64,000 nt of DNA from Bispira polyomma (Eukaryota), in the NCBI GenBank assembly GCA_965649765.1, contig OZ287749.1:103664001-103728000 (forward strand), in the 5' to 3' direction. The notes under the pieces are model-generated. The model was not told the origin of the DNA and did not search any database. It saw only the letters and a list, made by a program, of their open reading frames with translations. Made by a program: the position numbers and the translations under genes. This document shows positions 52,247-64,000 of this stretch, in pieces (the stretch's first letter is position 1; every line of letters starts with the position of its first letter).

Positions 52247-54413
52247 TTTCCTCTTGAGTAAGAGTTCAAGGTAATTCAATTATGACTGGGTGTCAAATCT
52301 AAAATACAACAACATCTCTCTTCTCTGACACTCAATTAAGTAGATTTAATCATATTCAAATGTATGATACAATTAGCATTATCTACCACAACAAATGTCA
52401 AATGTTTTCCTAAATACAGCCCTGGCAGCATACTTAGCAACTAATCTTTTCAAATCTTGTAAAGTTTATATTTTGGAAGCTTAGTTTCCTACATTGTTTT
52501 AAGTCAATGATGGGAAGTCATCACACAGACGTATTAAAGTTTTCCAACCCTCTAAATGTCCTTTTAACATATAATGCAGCCTTAAATGGTATATTTGGTT
52601 ATAAATACAAAAATCTCGTAAAAAATGATATAAAAATGTTTCTACATATTTTTTTCTAATACTTCATGGGGCTATTGTCTATTAGTTACATAAAACATCT
52701 GTGCTGCTAATGACACTTGCTACTGTTGCCTAGTCAGCTGTAATGCTGAGTATTTGCATGGTGCCTATAAAATAACGGTTTGAGACCCTGCCCCAGCATT
52801 TATCTGGAAAATATGGCAGTAGACTTTTTGAAGGCCAGTGGTTTGTGGGAAAAAAACTTCAAACTACCCTTTTACCCCAACAATAAACTACCCATTGCGA
52901 TGTTAAACCCCAAACTAAAACTACACACAAGACTCTTTTTAAAACATAAAATGTGACATTGTGTGAATCACAAACATATCTTTTTGTATAACATACAGCA
53001 AAAATATAAATAATTACCGTCTTTCGGACAAAAGGTCCATTTATAGCATACAGTACATAATGTACTCTTACTTGTTGCATGACTTCAAGTCTCTGTGCAT
53101 TCAAAGGGACTTGACTTAAAGTCAATCCTCTAAATTCAACTTAAAAAAACTTTGAGTTTCCAACTTAAATTCGACTTCTTCCTGGAATTTGAGGTCACCT
53201 TAAGCTCAGATAGAGCGTTCTTTAACTCACTTGCTTCCGAGTTGAGGTGGTTTACACCTTATGCAAAGGTGACCTTATGCCCTCACCTAACTTAACTGTA
53301 CATATACAAAAACTTAAATATTAACTTTTTAATAAATATTTAAAGCACATTTCTGGGTCTCTGATAGTCTTCACTTAGGGATGTTATCCTCCAAAAGTCT
53401 TAATATGACTGATCCTAAATCCAACTCCCTTACCACCAAGAAACTGCCAATCCTGATATAATAAGCAGCTGTTCAAAGTGATAAACATGTATCAATTGTC
53501 AATTAAAAAATGCAGTTTCTGTCATATTAATGTTAAATATATAGCACCATGAGGTGCACATATGTGTTTATTATGTTCATTACTGAATAGGTATTTTCGT
53601 ATGTTTTGCTACAATACATATATCTAAAGCAATTCTACCTCAAACCACACCTGCTTTACTGTTTAGCAGTAAGCCACAAAAGCCTCAGTATATTTATTAC
53701 TCACCCATTTTAATAAATTTACCGCTAGACCACTGATCCAAGTAATGGGACTTTCACATTTTTACTCCCTGGCTTTAATGCAACCAGAAACAAACTGCTG
53801 GCATGTTTTCGGGGGCAGTGTTAAGTCATTGCCTTTGTCAGTCCTCCACGACCTTAATCTATGAGGGTACCAGTCTGTTACTAACACAGGTATAAAAAAC
53901 TTAAGTCAGTAAACAACCCCCATGTTGTTAAGAGAGAATACAGGTAATTGGATCTGATTGGGCAAGGCCCACAGGACGGTTAACTTACTGGTAAATAAGT
54001 TCAGTTTGAATTTAGCCACAGACAGTGTGGCAGGAATTTTCTGATTTCTGTTTTTTTGCAATCTGTGATTTCTTTTACTTATTTTACACGATTTTACAAA
54101 CTGTGACTTATGATATATATGAACAACACGAGGATTATTTTAGTATTTTAGTGTTTTATGAATGATTGGAAACTATCTTATTGACTGTGTGCTGGCAGCT
54201 GTCTCCTCTCTGACAACCTCATGCTTGATTAGCCCTTGGGCTGGCTATAAAGGGATGAATATCACTTCTAAATTAACATAATTTACTATATTACTAGCCG
54301 AGATATAATCAAGTTGTGAAGTGGTCAGACAGGAGGACTGTGGGCTGTTTTATTCTCGTTTCAGAGACTATATGCATAAATTGCAAAGTAAAAACTGTCA
54401 AAAGACTTACAAA

Positions 54414-55536
54414 ATGCCACAATCGAAAGGGCTGTGTAGAAAGTATGGTAATAGACATGTGCCCCCCACAGGAAAGAAATGTACTAGGGATATTCATATA
54501 GAGACTGACACAGAAGCTGTACTAGAAGCTCGTGTAGTGAAGGACACTCCTGTTAAAACACACGGGCGGGAGAGTCGCGGCGGGAAGAAGTCGGCTGCGG
54601 ATGCGGGTGATACAGACCAGGACATCCAGAAGGAGATCCTTCAACAACTGCAGAGAGTGAACTCAAGGCTGGACGCAGTGGAAGATCAAGTAGCCGAATC
54701 CAGGACCAGGCACACAAAGGACAAGAGGACTGGTGGCAAGTTAAGTAGAACTGTTTTAAGTCAGAAATGTAAAAGGAGTACTAGTGAAGACACCTCAGAT
54801 TCTGAATCCTCAGATGAGGAGCAGGTATTGCCAAATCTAACCACTTTGAAAAGTTCCACTTCCTTTCAGCGTCGGGTTGATACTAGATTAAGGGAGTTGG
54901 AGAAGGAAAGTCAAAATTCAGGTAACGATAATTCAAGTAAGATCAAGTCAAAAAGGGGGGGGGGAGGTGGTTGATGTAGTAGTGAAAAATAAGGTAGCGT
55001 GGCCCCAGGAGGCAATTTTAGGAGGGGTTACCAGAAATAGAATGTCTTATGACCAATTGTCTTTGACCCAATGGGTTCAGGAGTTTTGCAAAAATATTTT
55101 GGAAGAGTCAGACAGTGACAAACGTGATAAAATGGTTATGTACATGTCAGACCTCATTGAGGACGCCACGGATTTTACATGGCAGGGCGCCAAGGCAGCA
55201 CATGCTATCCTGCTGTGTGAAATGGAAAGGGGCACCCTCACATGGGATGACAGCAATCAAATCGATAGGATTCGTAGGGCTCACGCTCAGAAACATACCA
55301 GTAATACCTTTGGCAGTAAAAATTGGGATAAAAAGTAAGATCAGAGTGGCAAAATATATTGGTTTTGTAAGTTTTATCAAACAGGTATGTGCACACATAC
55401 AAAAGACCATGAAATTGGTGGTAAGTTACATAAGCATATTTGTGCTCACTGTCTGGCTACAGGTAGGGTTCTGTCCCATCCAGAGAAAGATTGTCTTTTT
55501 GTAAAGAAAAATAGTCAGCAGCCAAAAAACGAGTAA
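54414..55536 (+). pseudogene. gag: Gag-like protein of element 3
   Basis: CRKYGNRHVPP, VAWPQ, WQGAKAAHAILLC, C-terminal CKFYQTGMC..HICAHC..HPEKDC; frameshift in a G run and a premature stop. Confidence 0.82.
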
Positions 55537-57915
55537 TCAGCTGTCTTCAGAATCCTAGTACAGAAGGCAGCTGGAAACTGGGTAAGAAAGGTCAGTCAGG
55601 AGTCAGTTGTAGTAACACAGTTAAGGTTTTTAGTGAATTGAAAAAAACAGCAAATGGTAGTAATGAGACTAAAGATTTGACTAGTCTCAAGAAAGGTAAT
55701 GTAAAAAATGCTAAATGGTCTCAGTATAAAACCAAATATAGTGACAAGTGCTTCTACAGTAGTAGAGCCAGGAAACAAGATGTAGACAGTCTGCTTATAC
55801 GGTCACTTAAAGATGTAATGTGTACATTTAGGGCTGTAAGTTGTGATTTCAGAGCTAGATCATATGCTAGCATAGTGAAAATAGACTTAAGACAAACACA
55901 CGACACACGACTGGCACTGAAATAGTACCACAAAAAGTAAGTCAGCTCAAGCCAAAGACATGTACTGACAGTTTAACAAAGGACCAACAAATACAGAAGC
56001 ACGACCACCCAAAGGGGGAAGTGAGGGAAACCCCTCCCCTTAAACCAATTAAACCCAACAGAGTCGAAGGCCCAGTGGCTAAACAAGAAACTAAACTGTT
56101 ATATGACATAAATGGCATGGAGGACAAGTTCAGTCACTCCATATTATTTAACAATGTCAAAACGAAATCAAAACAACCTGAGGTGCAATGTGACACTTAT
56201 GATAAGTATTTAAGACAGACTGAATTCCAATTTGTTTCATTCCATTGAGTGATCTCACACAACTTGACAGCACGGACAGTAACACTAGTGGTATTGAATG
56301 TCCAATTAAAAGACATAATGAGGTGAAATAGGGGGGCAGGCCTAATTTAATGGGGGCTCGTATACCTGTAGCTTCACATTTGAACATAGAACAATGGCGT
56401 CAAATGCTTAATGGCTATTGGGATAGCCAACTTATTCAATTGATAGAATTTGGCTTTCCTCTGGGCTTCAATAGAAACTGCCAACTCAGATGTGAAATGG
56501 ATAATCATAAGTCGGCTCAGTAACATGCTAAGGATGTCAGTGCATATATCAAGGAAGAAAAAAGTTAGGGAGCCTTAATAGGTCCTTTTTCAAAAAATCC
56601 AATTAAGAATGGACACCATTCTCTATTTATGACAAGACATAAACCTAATTCTGCCAATAGGCGAGTCATAATCGATCTGAGCTGGCCTAAAGGGTTTTCA
56701 GTCAGGAGTCGATAGAGACAGTTACTTAGGTGCTGATTTTAAGTTAAATTTTCCTACCATTGACGATTTGACTAGGGAGCTTACCAAGTTGGGCAGAGGG
56801 GTGCATATCTACAAGCTAGACGTTAGTCGCGTGTTTCGTCATTTAAAAATAGACCCAATGGATTATGACTTGCTAGGTTTACAGTGGGAAGGTACCTACA
56901 TTGATACTTGTCTCGCCATGGAAGTCACTTTTTCCAACGCATCAGTGACGCTGTGCGTTATATCATGCGTCAACGTGGTTTTAGCGTCATTAACTACATC
57001 GACGATTTTTTAGGGTACGGCACACCCACGGTAGCAAAACGCTCATTTGACTGCTTATATGACATAATGGAAAAATTAAAACTGACCATCAGTCAAAAGA
57101 AACTGGTAAAACCAAGTACACAAGCAGTGTGTTTAGGTATCTTAATAGACACAGTCAAAGGAACTGTAGTAATACCAGAAGAAAAATTAACTGAGATTAA
57201 GTCAACAGTTACGCAATGGCAGACAAAAGAGTGTTGTACAAAAAGACAACTACAGTCTTTTTTGGGCCAGTTACTCTACATACACAAATGTGTTAAGCCA
57301 GCGAGGTGTTTTCTTAATCGTATGCTGGAGGTACTGAGGCGCATTGTGAATCCAAACAAAGTTGACTTAACGGAAGACTTCAAACGTGACTTAAGATGGT
57401 TTCAGAAATTTCTGCCTGATTCCAATGGTATATCAATGTATGGCCATAAAAGGGTAGATCACACTTTAGAGTTAGACGCTTGTTTGCATGGGTTAGGGGG
57501 TAAATGGAAGAATCTCGTTTATCACTTACCTATTCCTCTAAATTTCCAAAATTTAGAAATTGTTCATCTGGAAATGATAAATATCTTGGTGGCCTTGAGA
57601 TTATTTGGAATCCATTGGCAAGGCACCAAAGTTCTCATAAAATGTGACAATCAGGTAGTAGTTCATGTTCTCAATTCAGGCAAGGCCAGAGACCCTTACT
57701 TATCAGCATGTGCTAGAAATGTGTGGTATTTGGCGGCAACAACAGACATTGACTTACAATATATACATGTGCTGGGTAAGAATAACAGCACAGCTGACTT
57801 ACTATCCAGATGGACAAATTCTGTGAGCAATATTGTAGAGTTAAACACACTGGTAGATAGCCCAGTATGGCTAGACACATCAATAGAGTTGACACAAATT
57901 GATAACACATTGTAA
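55530..57915 (+). pseudogene. pol: Pol (RT + RNase H) of element 3
   Basis: KLDVSRVFR, NYIDD, ELDACLHGLGG, IVHLEMIN, CDNQ, ADLLSR; several stops and frameshifts. Confidence 0.93.
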
Positions 57916-57984
57916 TTCTTATTATTGTTAAATTGTTCTGTCTTATATTATCAGTAACAATAGATACTATGCTTTGTGTTGTAG

Positions 57985-58958
57985 GATCTGAGGACCTACA
58001 GTCCTTATAGTCTGGAGCTAGTAAGAGGCTGCACATGGCATTCAGGCCCAAGACAAGAAAATGTTATTTAAGTCTTTTCAGAACATTTATTGCATTTTGT
58101 ATGTATACTGGTTTGGTGTTACAAGCTTTAGAAGTAAAAAATATCATGTCATTTCTAGAGTACTTGGTTATAAACAAAGTTTCTGTCCACATGGTGGCTA
58201 ACTATGTTTCAGCGTTAAAAGCCATGAGTATAGTATATGATCTGCCTTTTGAAGTGTTTGATCACCCAAAAATTAAATATTTTATCAAATCTCTTAAAAT
58301 TAACAGAACACATGTGATTGTGAAAAGAAACATAATGAATGTAACTACATTGGAACAGTTGATAAGGCATTGTGGCCACATCAAAACTTCACAGGTCTAC
58401 AAGGCTATCTTCCTCACAGGTTTCTTTGTGTTTTTCAGACTTTCGAACTTAGCTCCACATTCAGTGAAGGAGTTTGACACTTCACCTCATTTTACAGGTG
58501 GGGATGTCTTTTTTGAAAAAGGCGTTGTTAAAATTCTGTTAAAATAGTCCAAAACGTTACAGACGAGAGACAAAGTTCACATAATAACTTTGCCTAAATT
58601 AAAATCTTCACTGCTTTGCCCTTACATGGCATTGAAAAACCTGTTTAAGTTGTATAGCCCTGGTAAGAATGACCCTTTATTTCAGTGTGATACAGTCATA
58701 GGCAGGCAGGTGGTCATTGATTCGCGGGTAAGGAAAATTTTGGCGCGACTTAATGAAAAATTGGGCTGTCCTTCGAATTTTTACACATTCCATGCATTCC
58801 GACATTCAGGTGCCATTCTGGCTTATCAGGCCAAGGTTCCTATACAACAAATCAAAGAGCATGGCACCTGGACGTCGGACTGGGTGTGGACGTATATTCA
58901 AGCAAATGCTAATAATACTGAGGTGGCCACCACCTTCCAAAGACTGTTAAATATCTAG
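57985..58958 (+). pseudogene. Tyrosine recombinase of element 3
   Basis: AFRPKT..Y, FRLSN, K*SKTLQ, FHAFRHSGA, HGTWTSDWVWTY. Confidence 0.92.
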
Positions 58959-60719
58959 TGCTTCTACCCCTACATCTTGGGCTTGAGGCTTTCTGTATCT
59001 TTGATATATATAAAAAAGTAAGTCAGTGTAAAAGTTGAGGTCAATTGAGGATGGAAGGTTTAAATTCAGAATCCACACTTGTGGCTTAACTTAACCTTAA
59101 ATTGGTACACTTTAACTTAACTCTGGTGACCATTCAAGTTAGGGTCACCTCAAACTTCTGTACTCAGGTGTCTCATCATTAGTTTAAGAGCACCTTAAAC
59201 TGAAATTCAAAATGTATTGAATATACTTAAATTAAAATTAACTCTAAGAATAAACTTAAACTGGTTATCAGACATCTGACCTCAGCTTAATTTGCATGTT
59301 GTCATCTTATATTATTGTATACTTTAACATGAAATGTATATAGTCAGTAGTTTAGAACCTATATTTTACACAATTTTACATATATTTTATATAATAAAAA
59401 TATATACACCCTCATAGATTATTTATTCTTGACTTGGTAGTGGTAGGGACTGTCGGGGGCAGTGTTAAGGCATTGCCTTTGTCAGTCCTCCACGACCTTA
59501 ATCTATGAGGGTACCAATCTGTTACTAACACAGGTATAAACAACTTAAGTCAGTAAACAACCCCCATGTTGTTAAGAGAGAATACAGGTAATTGAATCTG
59601 ATTGGGCAAAGCCCACAGGACGGTTAACTTACTGGTAAATAAGTTCAGTTTGAATTTAGCCACAGACAGTGTGGCAGGAATTTTCTGATTTCCCACGCAC
59701 CCTATTCCCTTGGAGTAGGTTAGCATTAAGATAAGCTAGTCCAAGAAATGACTACTATAATTGAGGTGTACCATGTACTCCTTTGCTCAACAGAGACATT
59801 TAAACGGTATGAGCTCGATAGGAAGTTATATTGGTCTCGAAGTGCATCTACTTATGACTCAAGGTTGTTAGTAAGGAATTTGCTTAAAATGCTATAAGTG
59901 ATTTGACACAAGTTACCATTTTGCTGGATCATTGTTTTTACCATGTTATAGCCTGTTAGTCCTCGGTTTTAGTAAAGGTCTTAACTCATGTCACATTGGA
60001 AGAGGCTTTCTGTATCTAAGTTATATATAAAAAAGTAAGTCAGTGTAAAAGTTGAGGTCAATTGAGGATAGAAGGTTTAAATTCAGAATCTACACTTGTG
60101 GCTTAACTTAACCTTAAATTGGTACACTTTAACTTAAGTCTGGTGACCATTCAAGTTAGGGTCACCTCAAACTTCTGTACTCAGGTGTCTCATCATTAGT
60201 TTAAGAGCACCTTAAACTGAAATTCAAAATGTATTTAAGTCCAAACTTAAAGTGAAATTGAGTCTAAGAATAAACTTAAATTGAATATACTTAAATTGAA
60301 ATTGACTCTAAGAATAAACTTAAACTGGATATCAGACATCTGACCTCAGCTTAATTTGCATGTTGTCATCTTTTATTATTGTATACTTTAACATGAAATG
60401 TATATAGTCAGTAGTTTAGAACCTATATTTTACACAATTTTACATATATTTTATATAATAAAAATATATACACCCTCATAGATTACTTATTCTTGACTTG
60501 GTAGTGGTAGGGACTGATGTGTGGCCTGTTGTCTTGGCTAGTGGAGGATTACTGTGAACGCACAAAAATATCATTTCTTTTATAATTGATGGCAGGGATG
60601 AAAAGGGTAGTTGATTTACCTCTAGTGTAAAGACAAAAAAAAACCAATAACAATATGCCACAGCATCACAAGCTTGAGGATGACCATTTATCAATGCTTC
60701 AATGCTTCTTTAGCAAGTA

Positions 60720-60979
60720 GGGGCCGCAGTGGCCTAGTGGTTAGCAAGCATTGCTCTTCATAATCACTGGTCTCTCACCTCTGGGCGGCGTGAATTCAAA
60801 TCCTGTCGATGCCTATGTGGGAAAGGTGGTAGTTCCTTACTGTGGGCTGCTGGTTTCAGTGCAGAACCTTGACCGACTGTATGCAGTGTTTCCTCCAGCG
60901 TTTCCAACTACCCATCCCAATACAACCTACTAATAGGTACTAGAGTGGACGTTAAATATCCAAATTGAAATTCAAATTT
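60720..60979 (+). mobile_element. Young tRNA-derived SINE
   Basis: Same family as 51994; TSD TTTAGCA(A/T)GTA; absent from the paralogous site near 42995. Confidence 0.88.
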
Positions 60980-63900
60980 TTTAGCATGTATCTTGTGATA
61001 GAATATAAAGATGAAGAACTGCAGTTTTAACTGGTCATACCCTACTTACTCACCATTGTCAGTTCGAATCCTGTTCATTCCTTTATGTGGGAAAGTTTGT
61101 CAGGTACTTGCTGTAGGTTGATGGTTTACAATGCTTCAGCACTGGTTTCAGCCACCATTGAATCTGGCCCTCTTGGTATGACCGAGGCTGTTGAAAGCGA
61201 CATAAAGACCAAACTAAATTTAGAACTAACTGTCTCTAACGGCTTTATGATTGCAATCTCTAGACTGGTTTATTTTTTGATGTAGTAATTCTAGTATTTT
61301 GTAGCCGTAGTAGAGTCACAAATTTTTTTTCAATTCATGTCCTTACAACTATTATTTCTTTGTAATCATATTCTGTCGCCATGTGTTAACATTAGAGGGG
61401 ATAACAAAAAACTCATGGAAGAAGTAGATATTTAGTGCAAACATGTTTAGATATCTTATTCGTGCACTGTATACAACTCCACTTGGTCAAGTAATATCCT
61501 CCCCCCACCCCCAAAAAATAACGGTTTCCATGTCCTTGAAAGCGACATAAAGACCAAAAAACCACTATAAATGTTGAACATGCATGCCAATTAATTTACC
61601 TCATTTACTTAAAATGCTGAATCAGGTTATGGGCTTTATCTAGTAATGGAATACAAACGTGTGAGACAAAAAGTTATAAATTTGATACCAAGATTGTCCT
61701 TATCAATTATATTTACCTTCTCCTTTGCACACCATTACAAAGAAAAACTCTATGCTGGATTTTTGTGATACCAAGGCAACATTTCGTATTATCTGTTCAA
61801 AATACTAGCTAATCAGATTCTTCAACTGTTTGTCTGTATTAAGTTGTGCACTTACATAAGAGTTAACATTCAATGGTTATGTATATTTCTGAAAAACCTT
61901 TGCTTCTGTCCGTCAATGTTCCTAGTTTGAAGTAATTTTGTTCTTTACACATAACAATTTGTCTAACCCATCATTGCCCTGTAAGATAATAAAAAGGCTA
62001 ATCCCTCGAACGATAACCAATCAGATCACACCATATGACCCATTTATTCACTGGCCAACGACATGCTTCTTTATCTTTTTTAAGGGCTTATGCTAGTTTG
62101 TTTAGGAAGACAAGCAACGGTTATGTTAATTAGGTTCAATTGAATTGCAAATATTTTTGTGAATCAAAAGTTGATACAAACCTCTACACAAACTCATGCC
62201 CACAAACACAAATTCACACACCACCACACACACAGAAGCACATGCAGTATGTTCATAAAGAGTGGGATTATTATCTAACCGACCTCTGGTCTTGCACTAT
62301 TCACGTAAAGTACTTTAGAAGTGATATTTTCAATTGGCAAAGATTTCACTGATATACAAGTAATCTGTAATTATTAATTTTAACTATTGTCCATTTGCTG
62401 AGTCAAAATATAAATTTGTTTTAAAGTATTATTAGAGATAAACTTTCCCACTACTCATCAGTTAAATAGCTGAAAAGTTTTTCACTAATATAGAGTATGA
62501 TGATAGGCACTTTCTTTGTGTGTGGATGAAAGTAACAAATTACAAACAACTGTGGATATTAAGGAAATAAAATTTACAAAGAAAAAACAAATACATATAT
62601 ACATGGTCTCTTATATAATAGGTCTGATTTTCTTTACCGTAACAATCTTCCAAGAATATTATCAGAAGCTTGATCTTTGGAGGCAAATTTGAACCAAGCA
62701 AGTTTCTAAATAGTTATACAACCATAGATGGAGGAAGGGGATGGCATAAAATAAATTGGTAATAGCTTTGGTCATACCCTGTGCCCTGAAATCCTTGTTT
62801 CCACCAGTTGACAATGGATTAAATGGTTAAACTTGTTTTTCAGTTAATTGTTTCTTTTCACCAGACCTCTGAAATATTTTTTAGGACTAACTTTTTTTAA
62901 ATACGAGAAATAATTATTACGACACTTAATGTATACAGGTATGTATCAATGGAAGGTAATCCATCACAATAGATTGTACTCTTTCTTGGGATGTCGCCAT
63001 TTTTACACGCTATTCAACTGTGACCAACTGTGACTAACCCCAATAAACTTGTTAGGAGATATTGGATTTGATTATCTGCAAAAATTATTTCCTATTGAGA
63101 CTGATTAGTTAGTTTTCAATTCATCTCCCATACAAACTGTTAAGGCATTTAGGGCAGTTTTGGTAAAAATATTGCAATTGCAATTAGTAAAACAAACATC
63201 CCTGGAATAAGTTTTACTGTCTGTGGGTATAATGATCACAGGAATGAAGAAAATCAGAACAAACTGCCATAGAAAGAGAGTTGGCTGGGTATGTGGTGAG
63301 AGAGAAATTAGCCAACAACTGTCAACAAGAGCCGGTTTCAAAAATATTAACGCCAAATTATGACACACAAGATATATAAAATTCTCATAACAGAAAGCAC
63401 ACGTCCTCTTGAATAACAAAGTTCAAGGGAATCTAATCATAACTGGGAGTCAAATTACATAGAACATCTTTCTGATGCTTATCAAAGGATATTTCATCAT
63501 CCTCGGATATATAATATGACTGGCATCATTCTTAGATATGACATTAAAAACATCATCAACAATTATATCTAAATGTTTTAGACATATATGGGGATATTGT
63601 CTATTATTTTAAAAATCTGTTATACTAATGTCACTTCACAGTTCTGCTACTGTGGCCTAGTGGGTAACTAACTCATTTTGTAATGCAGAGTATTTACAGA
63701 CTCTTCTGTCTGGTGCCTATAAAATAATGGGTTTGACACCCTGCCCCATTACTTTGGTGGGAAGCTTGGCAGTAGACTTCTTGAAGGCCAGTGGTTTTTG
63801 GGAAAGAAAACTTGGCAAATTACCCTGTTTTGCTTTCCTCCAGGAATAAACTAAAAATAAAAAATTAACAAAAAAATTAACAAATTTATATGTAGATAAC

Positions 63901-64000
63901 AGTGAAGAAATGAAGTAAACGTTTTGTACAAGTAAAAAGTAAAACTTATGAGGTAAAAGTAATATTGTGTATAAATTAAACAACTGAAATGAGAATACAA

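Larger units (their letters stand above)
53809..60516 (+). mobile_element. Ngaro/DIRS-type YR retrotransposon, copy 3 (full length, decayed)
   Basis: A1 53809-54048 / A2 59454-59692; B1 58985-59453 / B2 60003-60516; flanks rejoin as GGCATGTTT^ATGTGTGG, as in the empty site near 42795; no TSD. Confidence 0.93.
31750..64000. repeat. Higher-order tandem segmental duplication (alternating A/B units of ~5-5.5 kb); further copies at 1-2117 and 8914-11743
   Basis: Marker AATGGGACTTTCACATTTT near 351, 9363, 35044, 42740, 48290, 53744; marker GAAGGCCAGT near 8969, 33885, 42054, 46523, 52830, 63783; colinear order. Confidence 0.88.

Noticed and set aside
59693-60002. Hammerhead ribozyme in the A2-B2 spacers
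   Set aside because: No CUGANGA..GAAA core found by eye on either strand; a covariance search would be needed to exclude variants
63717-63983. ORFs around the GAAGGCCAGT marker
   Set aside because: The sequence is an old SINE (A-box, degenerate B-box, core), so open frames are incidental

Overview
AT-rich eukaryotic genomic DNA, probably a mollusc or other lophotrochozoan judging by the SINE family. It contains no intact host gene. The background is a decayed tandem array of ~5-5.5 kb units that alternate as two types (an A-B dimer of ~10.6 kb). It carries old and young tRNA-derived SINEs, CR1/L2-like fragments and MITEs. Four large elements are inserted into it. Three are divergent Ngaro/DIRS-type tyrosine-recombinase (YR) retrotransposons (2118-8913 minus; ~35335-40069 minus, 3'-truncated; 53809-60516 plus). 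The fourth is a ~17.5 kb Polinton/Maverick (adintovirus-like) element (11744-29197) with pPolB, protease, major and minor capsid, integrase-chromodomain, packaging ATPase, PC4-like and BIR genes, mostly pseudogenised. Most notable: (1) all three YR elements lack an ATG at the YR N-terminus but share a phase-1 splice donor in gag and a phase-1 acceptor just after the pol stop, predicting a spliced Gag(N)-YR fusion; (2) gag-pol appears recoded, by -1 frameshifting in two elements and UAG readthrough in the third; (3) the Polinton polymerase ends in a NADAR-like domain; (4) the Polinton left arm carries multi-exon genes, including a type I membrane protein; (5) a subterminal Polinton segment is flipped between the two ends. 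All domain calls come from motif recognition by eye, not from database searches.
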